Positions 1 to 11,651 of a DNA stretch of 64,000 nt are shown here, in pieces. The notes beneath the pieces were generated by a model that was given only the letters and a program-made list of their open reading frames with translations, ran no database searches and was not told the DNA's origin. Position numbers and translations under genes: made by a program. The stretch is from Craspedostauros australis (lineage: Eukaryota). Each line of letters begins with the position of its first letter. Position 1 is the first letter of the stretch. The stretch lies in the NCBI GenBank assembly GCA_030167865.1, contig JALAGF010004961.1, positions 1-64,000 on the forward strand, in the 5' to 3' direction.

Positions 1-1388
1 CGCAAGGCCGGACGGTCTTTCTCGTCTCGCAGTTCGTCGCGGAAGTCTTCATCGCCATCGTCTTCATCCGATTCCTCACTGCTACTACTACTGCTGCTGC
101 TGCTCGAACTGGATTCCTCGCTGCCGCTGCTGTCCGTTTCGGAGTCATCGAGCGATTCCTGATCCCAGCTGGCATTCTCATGCAAGACGCAATGGATCGT
201 CATGGGCACCGAGGCTGCGCTGCTGCTGTCCGAAGAAGAAGAAGACGATGATGATGACGACGACGACGACGAAGAGGAGGACGATGACGAGCTCTGTTGA
301 TCGGCGCGCTGAAGACTCTGCTGGCGCAGCTTTGAGAACTTGCCGGGCGGGTCGTTGGCATTGTCATGCGTATGCTGTTGCTGTTGCTGCTGCTTATTGG
401 AATGCTGTTGCGCATACAGATGATGCACGTCGACTGGCTGATTGATGTGCAGTTGTTGCTGATGTTGCAGTTGCTGATGTTGCTGATGCGGAAGCTGATG
501 ATGGGGATGCTGCTGAAACTGATGCTGTTGCTGCTGCAATTGTGCATGCTGCAGCTGTGGCTGCGATTGCAGCAATATGGATGAGGAAGACGAATGCGAG
601 GGCTGCAGTATGAGATGGGAGGACACGAGCGACCTGGAAGAATGCTCGCGATGCGGCAACGCCGACGGTGGCAGCGGCGCTTGGGGAAGCAGATGCGCAT
701 GCGAGATGGTTGGATCCGGAAGGGGTGGCTGCACCAGAGCCGTGGCGCTCGTGTTGGAACTCTTCATCATCTGCAAGACGTGCAACTGCTCCATGAGGGC
801 CTGGTTCTGCTGCGACAGCAACAGCAACGTATCATGATTGGATGCGCTGTTGTTGTTGAGATGGAGGGTGCTGCTGTTGTTGAGGGTGCTGCTGCTGCTG
901 CTGTTGAGATTGCTGTCTGAGTGGAAGCCGGTTTGACTCAGCTGCTGCACTTGCTGATGCTGATGTTGCTGCTGCTGATGATGAAGAGCCACGGTTGCCG
1001 CATGCGCCTGTTGCACTTGATGCTGTTGCTGATGTTGAGTCTGCTGTTGATGAGTCTGTTGCTGTTGCGTCTGCGTCTGCTGATGCTGTATCTGATACTG
1101 CTGCTTCTGCAGATTGGCAACCAGAGAGGCCTGCGTCTGCACCATCTGCGCCAGGATGTCGATCTTGGCATCGCTGGAAACGGAGGACGGCGTCGTCGGC
1201 GACTGCGGCTGCTTCGGAAAGGAATGGTGGCTCTGGCTGTGGGTGCTGGGGCTGCCATCGTGCGGCAGCGCAAGTTCATCGTCGCTTCGGTTGGCTGTGG
1301 CGATGAAGGCGGGCGTCGGCGCATAGTACGTCGTCGTTGTGGTTGCCATGCCGGTCGCCCTTCTCAGGCTGTGGCTGTGGCTGCTCAT
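1..1388 (-). CDS. 5' part of a Gln/His/Ser-rich protein running off the window edge; probable N-terminus of a sixth chitin synthase paralogue (CHS-A)
   Basis: Not in the ORF track because there is no stop inside the window. Minus frame read by hand is open from ATG 1388 to position 1: MSSHSHSLRR...DILAQMVQTQASLVANLQKQQ...LSQQNQALMEQLHVLQ...poly-S...DEDDGDEDFRDELRDEKDRPAL. The two helical motifs match CHS-F (MSSHRSPRR; SILRQMVETQNALAHNLQ; LSMQNQALMEHIKQLQ). The catalytic part would lie outside the window. Confidence 0.65.
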   Translation of the reverse strand, partial: MSSHSHSLRRATGMATTTTTYYAPTPAFIATANRSDDELALPHDGSPSTHSQSHHSFPKQPQSPTTPSSVSSDAKIDILAQMVQTQASLVANLQKQQYQIQHQQTQTQQQQTHQQQTQHQQQHQVQQAHAATVALHHQQQQHQHQQVQQLSQTGFHSDSNLNSSSSSTLNNSSTLHLNNNSASNHDTLLLLSQQNQALMEQLHVLQMMKSSNTSATALVQPPLPDPTISHAHLLPQAPLPPSALPHREHSSRSLVSSHLILQPSHSSSSSILLQSQPQLQHAQLQQQQHQFQQHPHHQLPHQQHQQLQHQQQLHINQPVDVHHLYAQQHSNKQQQQQQHTHDNANDPPGKFSKLRQQSLQRADQQSSSSSSSSSSSSSSSSSSSSSDSSSAASVPMTIHCVLHENASWDQESLDDSETDSSGSEESSSSSSSSSSSSEESDEDDGDEDFRDELRDEKDRPAL

Positions 1389-2882
1389 CTCGTCACTCTG
1401 ATAACACTCTGTGCAGTCTGATAATGTTATTGATAATGCTCTGTGCAATGGTATGATTCAATGCTCTGTCCAATGGATTGAGCAGACTCGAGAACTCGTT
1501 GTCTCGTTGCGGACTTGATCGCAGTCGGCTGCCCCTGTTGGCGTTGGTGCCTTCTCTTCGGTTGCACACTCCGGAAAGCGAAGGTCAGCAACGAAGAGAC
1601 GTTGCTCCTGTGTGAGGTCCTTCAGGAATGTCCAACCAGATGCAATGAGATGCAAAGCGCTGCTTCGGAGGCCTTTCAGTGAATCTTCAGATGAGACAGC
1701 AGATCGGGTTTGTCCGCGCTCCTCTGGTTGCCGCTGCTGCGTGGGTCTTTGGTGCAATGGCAGCAAGATGATAGCGCCGTCTCCTCCTCTTGCTCTTGCT
1801 ATAGCTGTTGCTTGTGATGATACAAGGACTGCGCGTCTTCTTGTTCCCAACACTCTCTTGTGCTTTGCCTTCTGGCCTTTCTTGCTCGCTTTCTTGGTCT
1901 CTCGTTGGCCTTTCTTGCTTGCTCGCGTGTTGTCTTGCTTGCTTGTTGCCTTTCTTGCTCGAACACCCAACTCAATTCAGCACCTTCTTGCTCTGGAGCG
2001 ATGGTTCAGCTTGGGATGCCGATGATAACATGAATGGCTTGGATGGATGGCGAGATGAATACCAGAACACCAATGGAGCCGAGTGGAGTAGAGTAGAGTA
2101 CGCTGCTTGCTTCCTTCCTTGCTTGCCTGCTTACAACACCACTCTCTTCCATTCCTCCTTGGCTGCGCCAACCAACACTCCCTCGCTCTCGTTTCACGTG
2201 CGCCACTCTCTCTCGATGTGTTCAATCACATGCCGCACAAACCAAGACGACGTGCCGATGCCGCGCAAAAGTCAAAAGAGTCCCTGCGACAACACACGCG
2301 CGCTGCACACTCGCACACAACATTCGCCTCATCTGCAAAATCCACACAAATGAGGACCGCCAAAAAATCTGCTTAACAACAACGTTCCGGGAAACGAATT
2401 AGGGTCTGATTGATAATTAACCAATCATACATTGACAAGCAAACGACAACGAGGAGCGATAATCAAATGATATTAATCGTGGACTCTCGCCATAAGTGAA
2501 ACAGAAATCCCGAATAGTCCACGGGTGGAGCTATCCCGGGAATGGACTCACTCGTGAATCAAGGGAGAACAAAACGGAATCGCTTGTTCCACCGAAAAAG
2601 ATGTAAGTCGATTTGGTCGTGAAACATCGGTCGAAGGTCGTGTCATTTTCACGATCAGATGAAGCAACCAGACAAACAGACAGACGGATATCGGTATGAA
2701 GAAACAGACAGCGTCAGCCTGCAAGTTTTCCCATTTCGACCCATACACTGTTTCTATCCCCATTCCGACGGTGCATGCATCGAACAAGAAAGGGGAAGGT
2801 TGCGAGCACTTCTGCGTAGACTATGGAAGTTACTACAATGTTGTGAGCATTCCTATCCAATTGCGCTCGGCTCACTATGTCT

Positions 2883-5800
2883 TCAATGCATCGCATGTGC
2901 CGAGGCGGCGTCTGCCACGGATGCTGTTTGCTGCGGCGAAGCATTCTCGTGGCCTCCGTACACCACGACGATGCTGTCCGGGCTCAGCGTCTGCAGCAGG
3001 TCGCAGATGGATTCTGCGTACTCCTCGCGCTGCGACTGCATCATCTCTCGTGCTATTCCGCCTTCGTCGCTGGCATCAATGCGATGGACGAAGACGTGGT
3101 AGCCTCCAGCATCGTTGCTGTACTGGCTGCCATCCCTCTTGCGATGCAGAATGTCGTTGATCCCGTGCTTCTCGCGCAGAACCTGGGAACGTTGGATGGA
3201 CTTCATCGCGGACACCATCTTCTGGAACATGGCGCCATCGTGCGTTTCGAAGTACACCAGCAGTTCATGCGACATGGTGCAGATCGTGTGGACTTCCACC
3301 TTCATCATTCCGCCGACCATTGTTGGGACGGCCTTGCCATTCGCACTGGAGCCGGTATCAACGCTCGAAATCGTGGAGAACATTTCGCTTCCCGATGTGC
3401 CTGTTGCGGGCAAATCTCCATTTGCCGTTGCTGCGTTCGTGTTGATGTTCATCTTCATGCCCGTGTCACCCTCGACTTGCGCAGTATTGTTCGCACTACT
3501 CGTACCTTCCATCTGAAGTGACGGGCTTCCGCTTGCGTTCGTGCGACTTCCGCTGGTCGTATTGCCAGCGACATCTTCGGCTGTATCATCATCCGCGGAA
3601 GCTTTGCCAGCGGCGGTATCACCATCGATCCGACGGGTCTTACCCCAAGAAAAGTCGTCCATGTGGACGAAGGAGTACAATGGGAAGATGAGGTAGAACG
3701 TGGGGATGCCCAGCACGATGTAGATGATGAACCAGAAGAAGTGGTCCCACCGCGAACGGATGATGAACGGGAGCATGAGCAGCCCGATGGTGATGCCGTA
3801 GAAGTACAGCACCACGCGATCGATCGTCTCTGGTTTCGAAATGAAGAGGTACGTGAGGTAGCCGATGTACGTGATGCTGGCGGGCAGGATCAGGGTGGCC
3901 AGCAAATCCGCAATCACGACCGTCTTCATGGAGATGCAACAGATGCCGCACATTGTCTTGACCTTCATCAGCTCGAACATGTTGTGCAATGTCGAGTTGA
4001 TCCATCGACGGCGTTGGCTCAGCAGGACGTTGAAGGTGTGCGGCACTGTCGTCCAGCAGATGGCCTCCGGGACGAAGTTCAATCGCATGCCCGGAAAGTG
4101 CTGCAGCAGCAACGTGGTCAGCATGCGGTCCTCACCCAGCTCGTACAGATTCTTCTCGTGCAACGATTTGATATCGTTGCGGGCGTACTCCAAGAAAATG
4201 CGGTCTGATGAAATCAGCGGATTCATCTCCTCCGTGAACAGCCTGTACATGGTGAAGCATCCCGGCAGACATGTGACGCAGCCGAACACAGATTCGAATG
4301 CCCGTTTCATGTGGTGGCTTGAGAAGTACTCGAAGACCTGGATCATGGTGACCCACGACTGCATCTTGTTGTCGACCTGCGTCTCGCCGCAGCAAGCCAG
4401 TACGTTCTTGTCATGTTCGAGGCTGTACGCCATGTGGATGATGGCCTTCGGGTGGATGCGAGTGTCGGCATCGACGGCCATCATGTACTCGACTTGCTGC
4501 AACGGGAGGTTCAGCTTCTCGAATGTCGAGAGCACCGCAGCGTCCAACTCCGTCGGTTTGCGGTTGTGATGCAACCGATTGAGCATGCCTGTCATGATGA
4601 GCTGCGAGTCTCGCTTTCCTCGGTTGCCCGCGGTCGTCGTGCCGCGTTCCTCGGGCGTGCCCTGCTTGACCAGAACGATGTACTTCAGACCTTTAGTTTC
4701 GTTGCCGACTGTCTTTTCGTGCACGCCGGAGTAGACGGAGACGAAGTTCTCGGTACACTTGCCCAATGACTCGTACGCATACCCCGCATCGGAGGGGTCA
4801 AAGTTGAATCCTAAAAGCTTGCCAAGCACCGCCGGAGTGCTGGCGGATGCACCACGGCCGGTGATCACGCCGTCGGCAACGATGACGAGGATTTTGTTCT
4901 CCTCCGGGTACTCGCCTTCGAGCACGCTGTTGATCGTCTTCATCAGCTCCTGATCGGTCTCGTTGTAACACGGCACCATGATCATGACGGCCGCCTTGGT
5001 ATCTTCGTTGGTGAATTGAGGGTGGCGACGTGCCAGGTACAGCATGGAGCAGAGCACCTGCACGATCATGATGAATGCGACGGCGAACATGAGGAAGTAC
5101 ATGGCGATGCCAAGGCTGGCGCAAACCTCGTCGTACCGCCGATCGACCTGGGCGTGGTAGAAGAGCATGTCCAGACACACCTTGAAGTCTTCCGTGGCAA
5201 ACAGGTCGTGGTACAGCTCCGAGCCATCACGGTTGACCCTGTTGACAATGAGCCGGTGGAGATCTTCGTACAGGTATGCATGGAAATGACCGACGTTCTT
5301 GTTGATCACCTTGCTTCGTTCATCTCTGCAGTTGCAATTGCGATTGCACGAGTATGGAGGTGGATGTCATCATGACCACATTGAATGTTTGCGCGAAGAG
5401 CAAAGCATGATCACCGAATAGAATTGCGAAGTTGGTGAGATGGCTGTTTGCATGCGATTGTTGCTGTTGCTAGTCTTGCTGTCGCACACACTCAGTGATC
5501 TCCGTTGAATACACCGCACGCACTGTACCAAATGGCACTTACCGTAACGCATCCACGTATTTGGTGATGTTGTAAATGCTGTCATCGACAACGAGATATT
5601 GCATATCGTCACCCTCCAGTCCTCGCGGGCCGAGCCTCCAGGATGGAATGAGGAAATCTCCCTTGCGATAGTCCCCCAGAAGCTCTTCGACACCGTCAGG
5701 ACCGACCGCGTTCGTGTGACATGGGATGCCGAGGTACTCTTCCAACTCCGTGAGCTCGGGGCACGTCGGCTCCTCGACGTGCGCGTTCGGGTTGACTTCG

Positions 5801-7272
5801 TTGACACAATAATCCGGCAGCGCGGCAGGCGGCGTACGAGGAAAGATCGAGCTGGCGTCCTGTCCCAAGTAATCGACGATGCCATTCGTGCCGCCGGGAT
5901 GATGGCCGATGTAGTGCTTGACGTCGTAGATAGTGCCGAAGATCGTGATCCAGGCTTCGTCCTTCAATTCGTTGATCTCACCTTGCGTGAACTGATCGAC
6001 ACGTTCGCACAGGAAGATCGGCAGGAAGCCGATGCCTCCGACCACGGCGATCGACATGACGCAGACGATGATGCAGATGGCGACCTTTTCGCGCCAGGCC
6101 ATCTTGGCGTCCGCGCCGTCTCTGCAGATGAGGAAGTCGGGGACGAACCATGTCAGCGCCACCGACACCGACTTCCAGAATTGAGATCCGGGAGGATTCT
6201 CGTCGCGTTTGTACGGCGCGATTGGCGGGCTGTACTGTGCGTCCACCGTCTTTGCGTTCTTGGTGCTGCTATCGGCGGATAACGCGAGGGAGGTGGTGGT
6301 TGTACGAACGGTGCTTGTTGCGGCACCGTTGATGCGATTCGCTCTGTCCACCAGAAATTGCTGCCGTGTTGGGATGCGGGAAACGACTTGGGACGACCCA
6401 GCCATCGACGGCGGACTGTTGCTGCTGGCGTTGTCGGATGGTGCAGAGTCGGATTCATCGTGAATTTCCTCAATTTGCGACGACGGTTCGATGTTGATGG
6501 TGGAACCAACGATGGCGTTGTCTGGCAGTTGATCGAGGTACGACTGCTGAGATATGGCCCTTTGCAACGCGGTGAGCGGTGGTGCGGCGGCCTCCTCAAA
6601 ATCATCCGAGAACTCCATCGACAAGTCGGGAACAGCGCACATGGAGAGGCGGTTGTTTCTGCTCGTGTCCGGAATGGCGGGACTTGATCCGCCCATCATC
6701 GCTTGTAGAGCCATGATGTTGGTAGACGCCATGTTGAGTTCCGTCAAGCCGGCAGCAGCCTGTCGGCTTCTGGGCTGTGCGTGTTGCTGTTGCTGCGGCT
6801 GTGTCTGCTGCTGCTGCTTGTTGTGCAGCATGTTGACGATCATGTGTTGCGTGGCAACCATCTGACGCAGCATCTGGGCCGTACTGTTATCCATCGTTGG
6901 CATTGCGCTGCCGCTGCCGTTGATCTGGCCTTGGAACGAAAGCCTTGGCCCATGCTTGATGGACGATGACCGGACGAGATGATCACGGTGCCCGTCCGTT
7001 GCTGCGGTGGCATCTGTCGCACTCGCCTGCAGTTGCATCGCATTCACATCACCGCCAAAAGCAGACTCGTTCAGACCTTCGTCGTGCTCGCCGAGCGTCA
7101 CGGGGGTAGGCAGACCTGTGAAGCTGCTCTTGCGATACGGCATGACGCTGCTCGTTCCCTGCGGTTGCGGCTTTGTGGTCTCCTGGATACGCTCGGCGCC
7201 GCTATCACATTGTCTGAGGCCATCGGCGTGGACGCCATCGTCCTTCTTGTTACCTGTGCTGCTGCTGTCCAT
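2883..7272 (-). CDS. CHS: Chitin synthase (GT2, division-2-like, cytochrome-b5-like domain), CHS-B; 2 exons, ~1390 aa; most divergent complete paralogue
   Basis: Exons 7272-5543 and 5325-2883; intron 5542-5326 (GTAAGT...TGCAG, 217 nt) joins YVDALR/DERSK in frame. Motifs AWREKV, IYDV..HPGG, GNRGKRDSQ, DADT, QVFEY, CLPGCF, LGEDRMLT, SQRRRW, DDFSWGKTR. First ATG taken at 7272. Confidence 0.93.
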
Positions 7273-8505
7273 GTTTTCGAAGGAGTGGCTAATACGAGTC
7301 GGTCGTGTAATAGCTCGTACTCTGGTGGATGCTGTTCCTGCCGAATAGATTTTATGCAAGACAAGGAAGAGAGCTTTGTGGGATGGCCGTCACCCTTCAG
7401 GCGCTTGCTTCGTAGCCACCTTTCATTTTCGCACAAAAAATACAGTGATAGCACCTCAAGTGAGCATCCAATCCTCTCTGGTTCCCTCGAAGGGTCATCC
7501 GACTTGGACACTTGGTGATAACTTGTGAAATGCGTCTGCAGCAGCATAAGTCTCTTCCGTCTTTGATAACCGAGAGACATCCACTTGAGGGACCCATTCG
7601 GCTGCGTCGGTGAATCACAGTTGTCAACAACCTGCAAAAAATCCGCACCCTTGTGAGATGAAGTCAAAGAACAGAGGATCGGAGCAACCGGCGAAATGCC
7701 CGCCGCAGATTCTCTTGTGCTTGACATCGAATGGTCGCACACGTTGGAGTGCTCTCATCTTTTCTCGTTATCTCATCTCTCGGCATCAAGCCACGTAGCG
7801 TCCCCATGATGTCCCTCCTTTGACAAGCCCCCTTGTCCCAGTTGTTGCTGTCCAAAGTCCTCGCCGGCTGTTGCGTCTTTCTTGTTACCACTTGTGCAGA
7901 ATTGCCACTTGTGTGTGTCTTCATGTCCATCCACGTTCCGTGATGTTCTTGCATTTCGCGAATCAAACAAACAAACCGGCGAAACGCCAAAATTGAAGTA
8001 TTTTATCAGTTACCGCTACTTCCACGGACATTCTGGCGCGCGGCGTTATTACACGTTAACTCTGGAGAAGCACAACCGCCAAATCATGTCAGTGTTGACA
8101 AATGGAACGCGAGATTCAACTGCGACATTCCAGTCGTGGCGCCAACCACATCAGTCATCACAAAAGGCCTCCTCACAACCACCACATTCACTGGTTTGTT
8201 GGTGGTGCTGTCACCAACGACAGACATCATCACCACATCACCACACATCCATCAAGAGATGCAAGGAACAAACCTCCTCCACACAGAACTTCAGACGTAT
8301 TCTATCTGTCAGGCAGACTTGTAGGAACTGTACCGACCAGTACGAGCCATGATGCCGAGGTCATATTCCCACGATCCACGCCGCATGCCGTGATCTGCCC
8401 ACCCTCTTCGGTCACAGCACCTGCCCATCCGTACAAGATCGGTGTTCAACATTGGGTCCCTTGTCATCATCATTTCATCTGACGGAAATCATTAGAACGA
8501 ACAGA

Positions 8506-9906
8506 ATGGATGGCATAAGGCATCGAGTACGGCGTCCTTCGATCCACTACATCATTCTGTTTGTGGCGATACAGCTTGCGGTCTTCATCGGCCTTCCCAC
8601 CGCCGATGGCTTCTGTATCAACAGGCATTCCGGTAGTGTCTCGGCACGCACAAACTTTGCAAGCAACTGCATTGATCCATGCGTTGCTGGTAGCAGCCAT
8701 TACCGAATCTCAGTTGGATCACGGCATTGTGCTTCCAAGCTCAGTCTATTGCAACAGCAGCGCAACCCTGACAATGAAGTTGCGAACGGCGTATCGCACA
8801 AGCCGGAATGTACGACAGAAGAGCCATCATGGACGTCTGACGACCCACCGAAACCATGGCGTTCCGTCTCGGCATGTCTGCTCGCTGCGATCACATTGAA
8901 CTTCTTCAACCTTCGAGCGAGCGTTGCGGATGTCGCTGCATCGGCATCGGTGCCATCAACGCCTCTCGCGTCACCATCCGTAGTGCTCTCCACAGTCCCA
9001 ACTTCGTTGCTGCGGAAATCTGACAACGAACGCAATCGATCCAGGCGATGGTCGTTGTTGCAGACGGGAATTCGCTCATTCTGCATTGCACGGATAGCGC
9101 AGCAGCTGTTTCCTGCGATACGAAGCAGCATCGGCAAGTTCTCGACCTTCTACATGAGCCGACTATCGGCGTATCCCATTGTGACGAAGGCCATCACGGC
9201 GGCCTTCATCTCGGTGGTTGGAGATGCGATCGCTCAGCGTATCAAGCTCAGACTCAAGATGAGCCGAAAGCAACAGAATGGCGTCAGTGAAGACGACGCA
9301 GACAATGGCACGTCGCCTTCGCATCAACATGTGAACGACGCAACAACAGGAAGTCAGAACAGCCATACATGTGCGACTATCCCGAAGACCAAGAGTTGGT
9401 TGGGATGGTACGACAAGCGCAGAGGAGCATCCATCTTCTTGGATTGCCTTGTCATCAGCGGACCGCTCATGCATTATGCGTACGATTGGTTGGAGACATT
9501 GATCCCGGTGCACACCTCCAACACAATATCGCCAGCGCTGGCCGCTCTGCTCCAGGTCATTCTCGATGACACGTTGGTGGACACGGCGTTCATCCTGGTC
9601 ACATTCATCACGACCGCCATCGGCGAAGGATACATGAAAGACCTGCCGCGACAGCTGCGCAAGGACTTCATCCCGACCGTCAAGGCCGGCTGGGCCACGA
9701 GCTTCTTCCTCCTACCGATCGAATTCGTGTGTTTCCGATTCCTCCCCGTCAGTCTGCGCGTGCTTGGCATGAACTTGGTCGATGTGGTGTGGGAGACGAT
9801 GGTAAGCTTTGCCATGCATCGCAATCGCTCTCAAGTTGGGTCCGCCGATCGTGGCAGCAAGGAGGGCGGCGGCGATCTCAAAACAGCAGCGGCGGTATCA
9901 TCATGA
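8506..9906 (+). CDS. Mpv17/PMP22 family membrane protein with long N-terminal extension and possible signal/bipartite presequence
   Basis: YPIVTKAITAAFISVVGDAIAQ, GPLMHYAYDWLE and FRFLPVSLRV..N...W fit the Mpv17/PMP22 pattern. Hydrophobic N-terminus ends ...ADG-FCIN. First ATG is 8506. Confidence 0.8.
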   Translation: MDGIRHRVRRPSIHYIILFVAIQLAVFIGLPTADGFCINRHSGSVSARTNFASNCIDPCVAGSSHYRISVGSRHCASKLSLLQQQRNPDNEVANGVSHKPECTTEEPSWTSDDPPKPWRSVSACLLAAITLNFFNLRASVADVAASASVPSTPLASPSVVLSTVPTSLLRKSDNERNRSRRWSLLQTGIRSFCIARIAQQLFPAIRSSIGKFSTFYMSRLSAYPIVTKAITAAFISVVGDAIAQRIKLRLKMSRKQQNGVSEDDADNGTSPSHQHVNDATTGSQNSHTCATIPKTKSWLGWYDKRRGASIFLDCLVISGPLMHYAYDWLETLIPVHTSNTISPALAALLQVILDDTLVDTAFILVTFITTAIGEGYMKDLPRQLRKDFIPTVKAGWATSFFLLPIEFVCFRFLPVSLRVLGMNLVDVVWETMVSFAMHRNRSQVGSADRGSKEGGGDLKTAAAVSS

Positions 9907-10269
9907 TGGTCGGTACTCGGCTGCAGTGTGTGAGCAGAGATAGAATGGCGTTATTCCAACGCAGTGGCATGAAGACCGGCAGCTAGTGCTGATGGCACAA
10001 GGACCAAATGGTAATACCTACTGCTCTAGTATCAGTAGTTTAGCTTTCACATAGCACGTGGCTTGATGGTGAACATGTCGTGCGACACATACAATAGGGC
10101 AGCACATGCGTGTGTAAGTAAGTGTATGTAACATGCATTCATTACCTCTTCAAAATTACGTCCTCGTGGTCTAATGATATCTTTCCGTCCGTTCCGCTGC
10201 CAATGCAGCTTCGCGCTCCATCCAACATCCATTCTTGCTATGCCTTGGGATACGTACTCCCAACCTTTC

Positions 10270-10998
10270 TCATAATGTGGCTCCTCCACTGATGGTGTCG
10301 CATTGAACGCGCCCACCATTTGTTTCTGGCGCAACGACCAACTCTTTGGAATGCGTCATGTAATCCAGCGTCATGGTCCACAGCAGATTCGCCGCCGCCA
10401 CGGCGCGCACACGAGCCGCCGCCGGGATGAGGGCAAAGTTCATGCCCATGAAGGGAATCCAGAACATCCAGCACGATGTCATCGTCGGCACGAACTGCTG
10501 CTCCATCTGCTGCTTCGTCGTCGACCAGGGCACGCCTTGCATCCATCCCGTCGAGATGAAGTAGGCCGGCAAGTAGAGGAGGGGGACATGGATGAAGTTA
10601 TCCGCCAGCGTTCCGACGGCGCCTTGCAGTTGATTTGGTGTCAATCGTTGAACGAGCAAGGAGACCGGACTCATGGACATTAGCGTTGTTACAGGCGCGG
10701 TCTGTTCCACAAGCGCGGCTCCAGATCCGCCCGTCGTCACAAGCTGTTTGCCGATGGTCGCGTTGCGTTGGACGGACCGTATCACATGCTGCGTCAGCTT
10801 GGGATACAGCGGGTAGATGAGATTGCAGACGCCGCCGACGTAGAGACCTGAGAATAGTGACACGGCCGCGATGCGGCGATGGTCCAGATCGTGAAGATTC
10901 CTGTTGTCTTCGCACATCGTCTGGCAGAAGAGGTCGGCCGATAGCCCCAGGCCGCCGGCAACAGCGACATCACGGAGGATAGCAGAACCGAACGCCAT
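10270..10998 (-). CDS. Mpv17/PMP22 family protein
   Basis: ADLFCQ...DHRRIAAVSLF, DNFIHVPLLYLPAYF, FWIPFMGMNFALIPAAARV...W: family-typical helix pattern; 242 aa. Confidence 0.8.
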   Translation of the reverse strand: MAFGSAILRDVAVAGGLGLSADLFCQTMCEDNRNLHDLDHRRIAAVSLFSGLYVGGVCNLIYPLYPKLTQHVIRSVQRNATIGKQLVTTGGSGAALVEQTAPVTTLMSMSPVSLLVQRLTPNQLQGAVGTLADNFIHVPLLYLPAYFISTGWMQGVPWSTTKQQMEQQFVPTMTSCWMFWIPFMGMNFALIPAAARVRAVAAANLLWTMTLDYMTHSKELVVAPETNGGRVQCDTISGGATL

Positions 10999-11651
10999 TG
11001 TTGCAATTGTCTTGTACTGAGTGCGATAGTTTCGTATTGGTAGTTTCTTGTATTAGTCTATGTGCGTTGCAAGAATGCAATTGAGCAGATAGCGAGGCAC
11101 TCGGATCGTGTTGTGGATGTCGGCGAAGTGATGAATCTATTCTGAACGAGTATGAATAAAGGTGGCGATGACAGTGACGGAAGCAACGACGACAACAACG
11201 ACAACGATGATGTGGATGGCATGCCACATGGACGCCAACGCGATGTTGAAGTGGGTGTCACAACGTCACAGAGAATTGCGTGAGGAGGGGAGATTCGATG
11301 CGGAATGACTGATGTCCTTTGTGGCCACAGAATTTTGTTCTTTCTCGATCGTGGAAGATTCTTCTGAGAATCACGATGGCGAATCTTCGTTTCAACAGAA
11401 ATCGCTGCTGGAGCCATCACCATCTTCCCCCCCATCCGATGAGAGGACACATGTCTCCACACACTGCCACGACCATCACCTGGATACGTACGTCTCACAA
11501 GAAGATCCAAAGACGGCATACCATCAGACACTAGCCAGAAAAGAAGATGGCACATCTGCACAGGGCATTCTAACCTGACCATACCTGCCACTATACCACT
11601 ATACCACACGACCACAGATTACTCAAGAGTCTGAACAACCCCATCACACCA

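Noticed and set aside
248-1421. Plus-strand Leu/Met-rich ORFs that look like membrane proteins
   Set aside because: They are the antisense shadow of CAG/CAT (Gln/His) runs in the minus-strand gene.
1458-1970. Lys-rich 170-aa minus ORF with ASKKGQ repeats, in frame with CHS-A
   Set aside because: No ATG start, separated from CHS-A by a stop, and driven by a short pyrimidine-rich repeat. Likely leader or intergenic sequence, although an upstream exon is not excluded.
2407-2427. Imperfect palindrome TGATTG-N9-CAATCA as a regulatory site
   Set aside because: Single short occurrence; not found repeated upstream of other CHS genes by eye.
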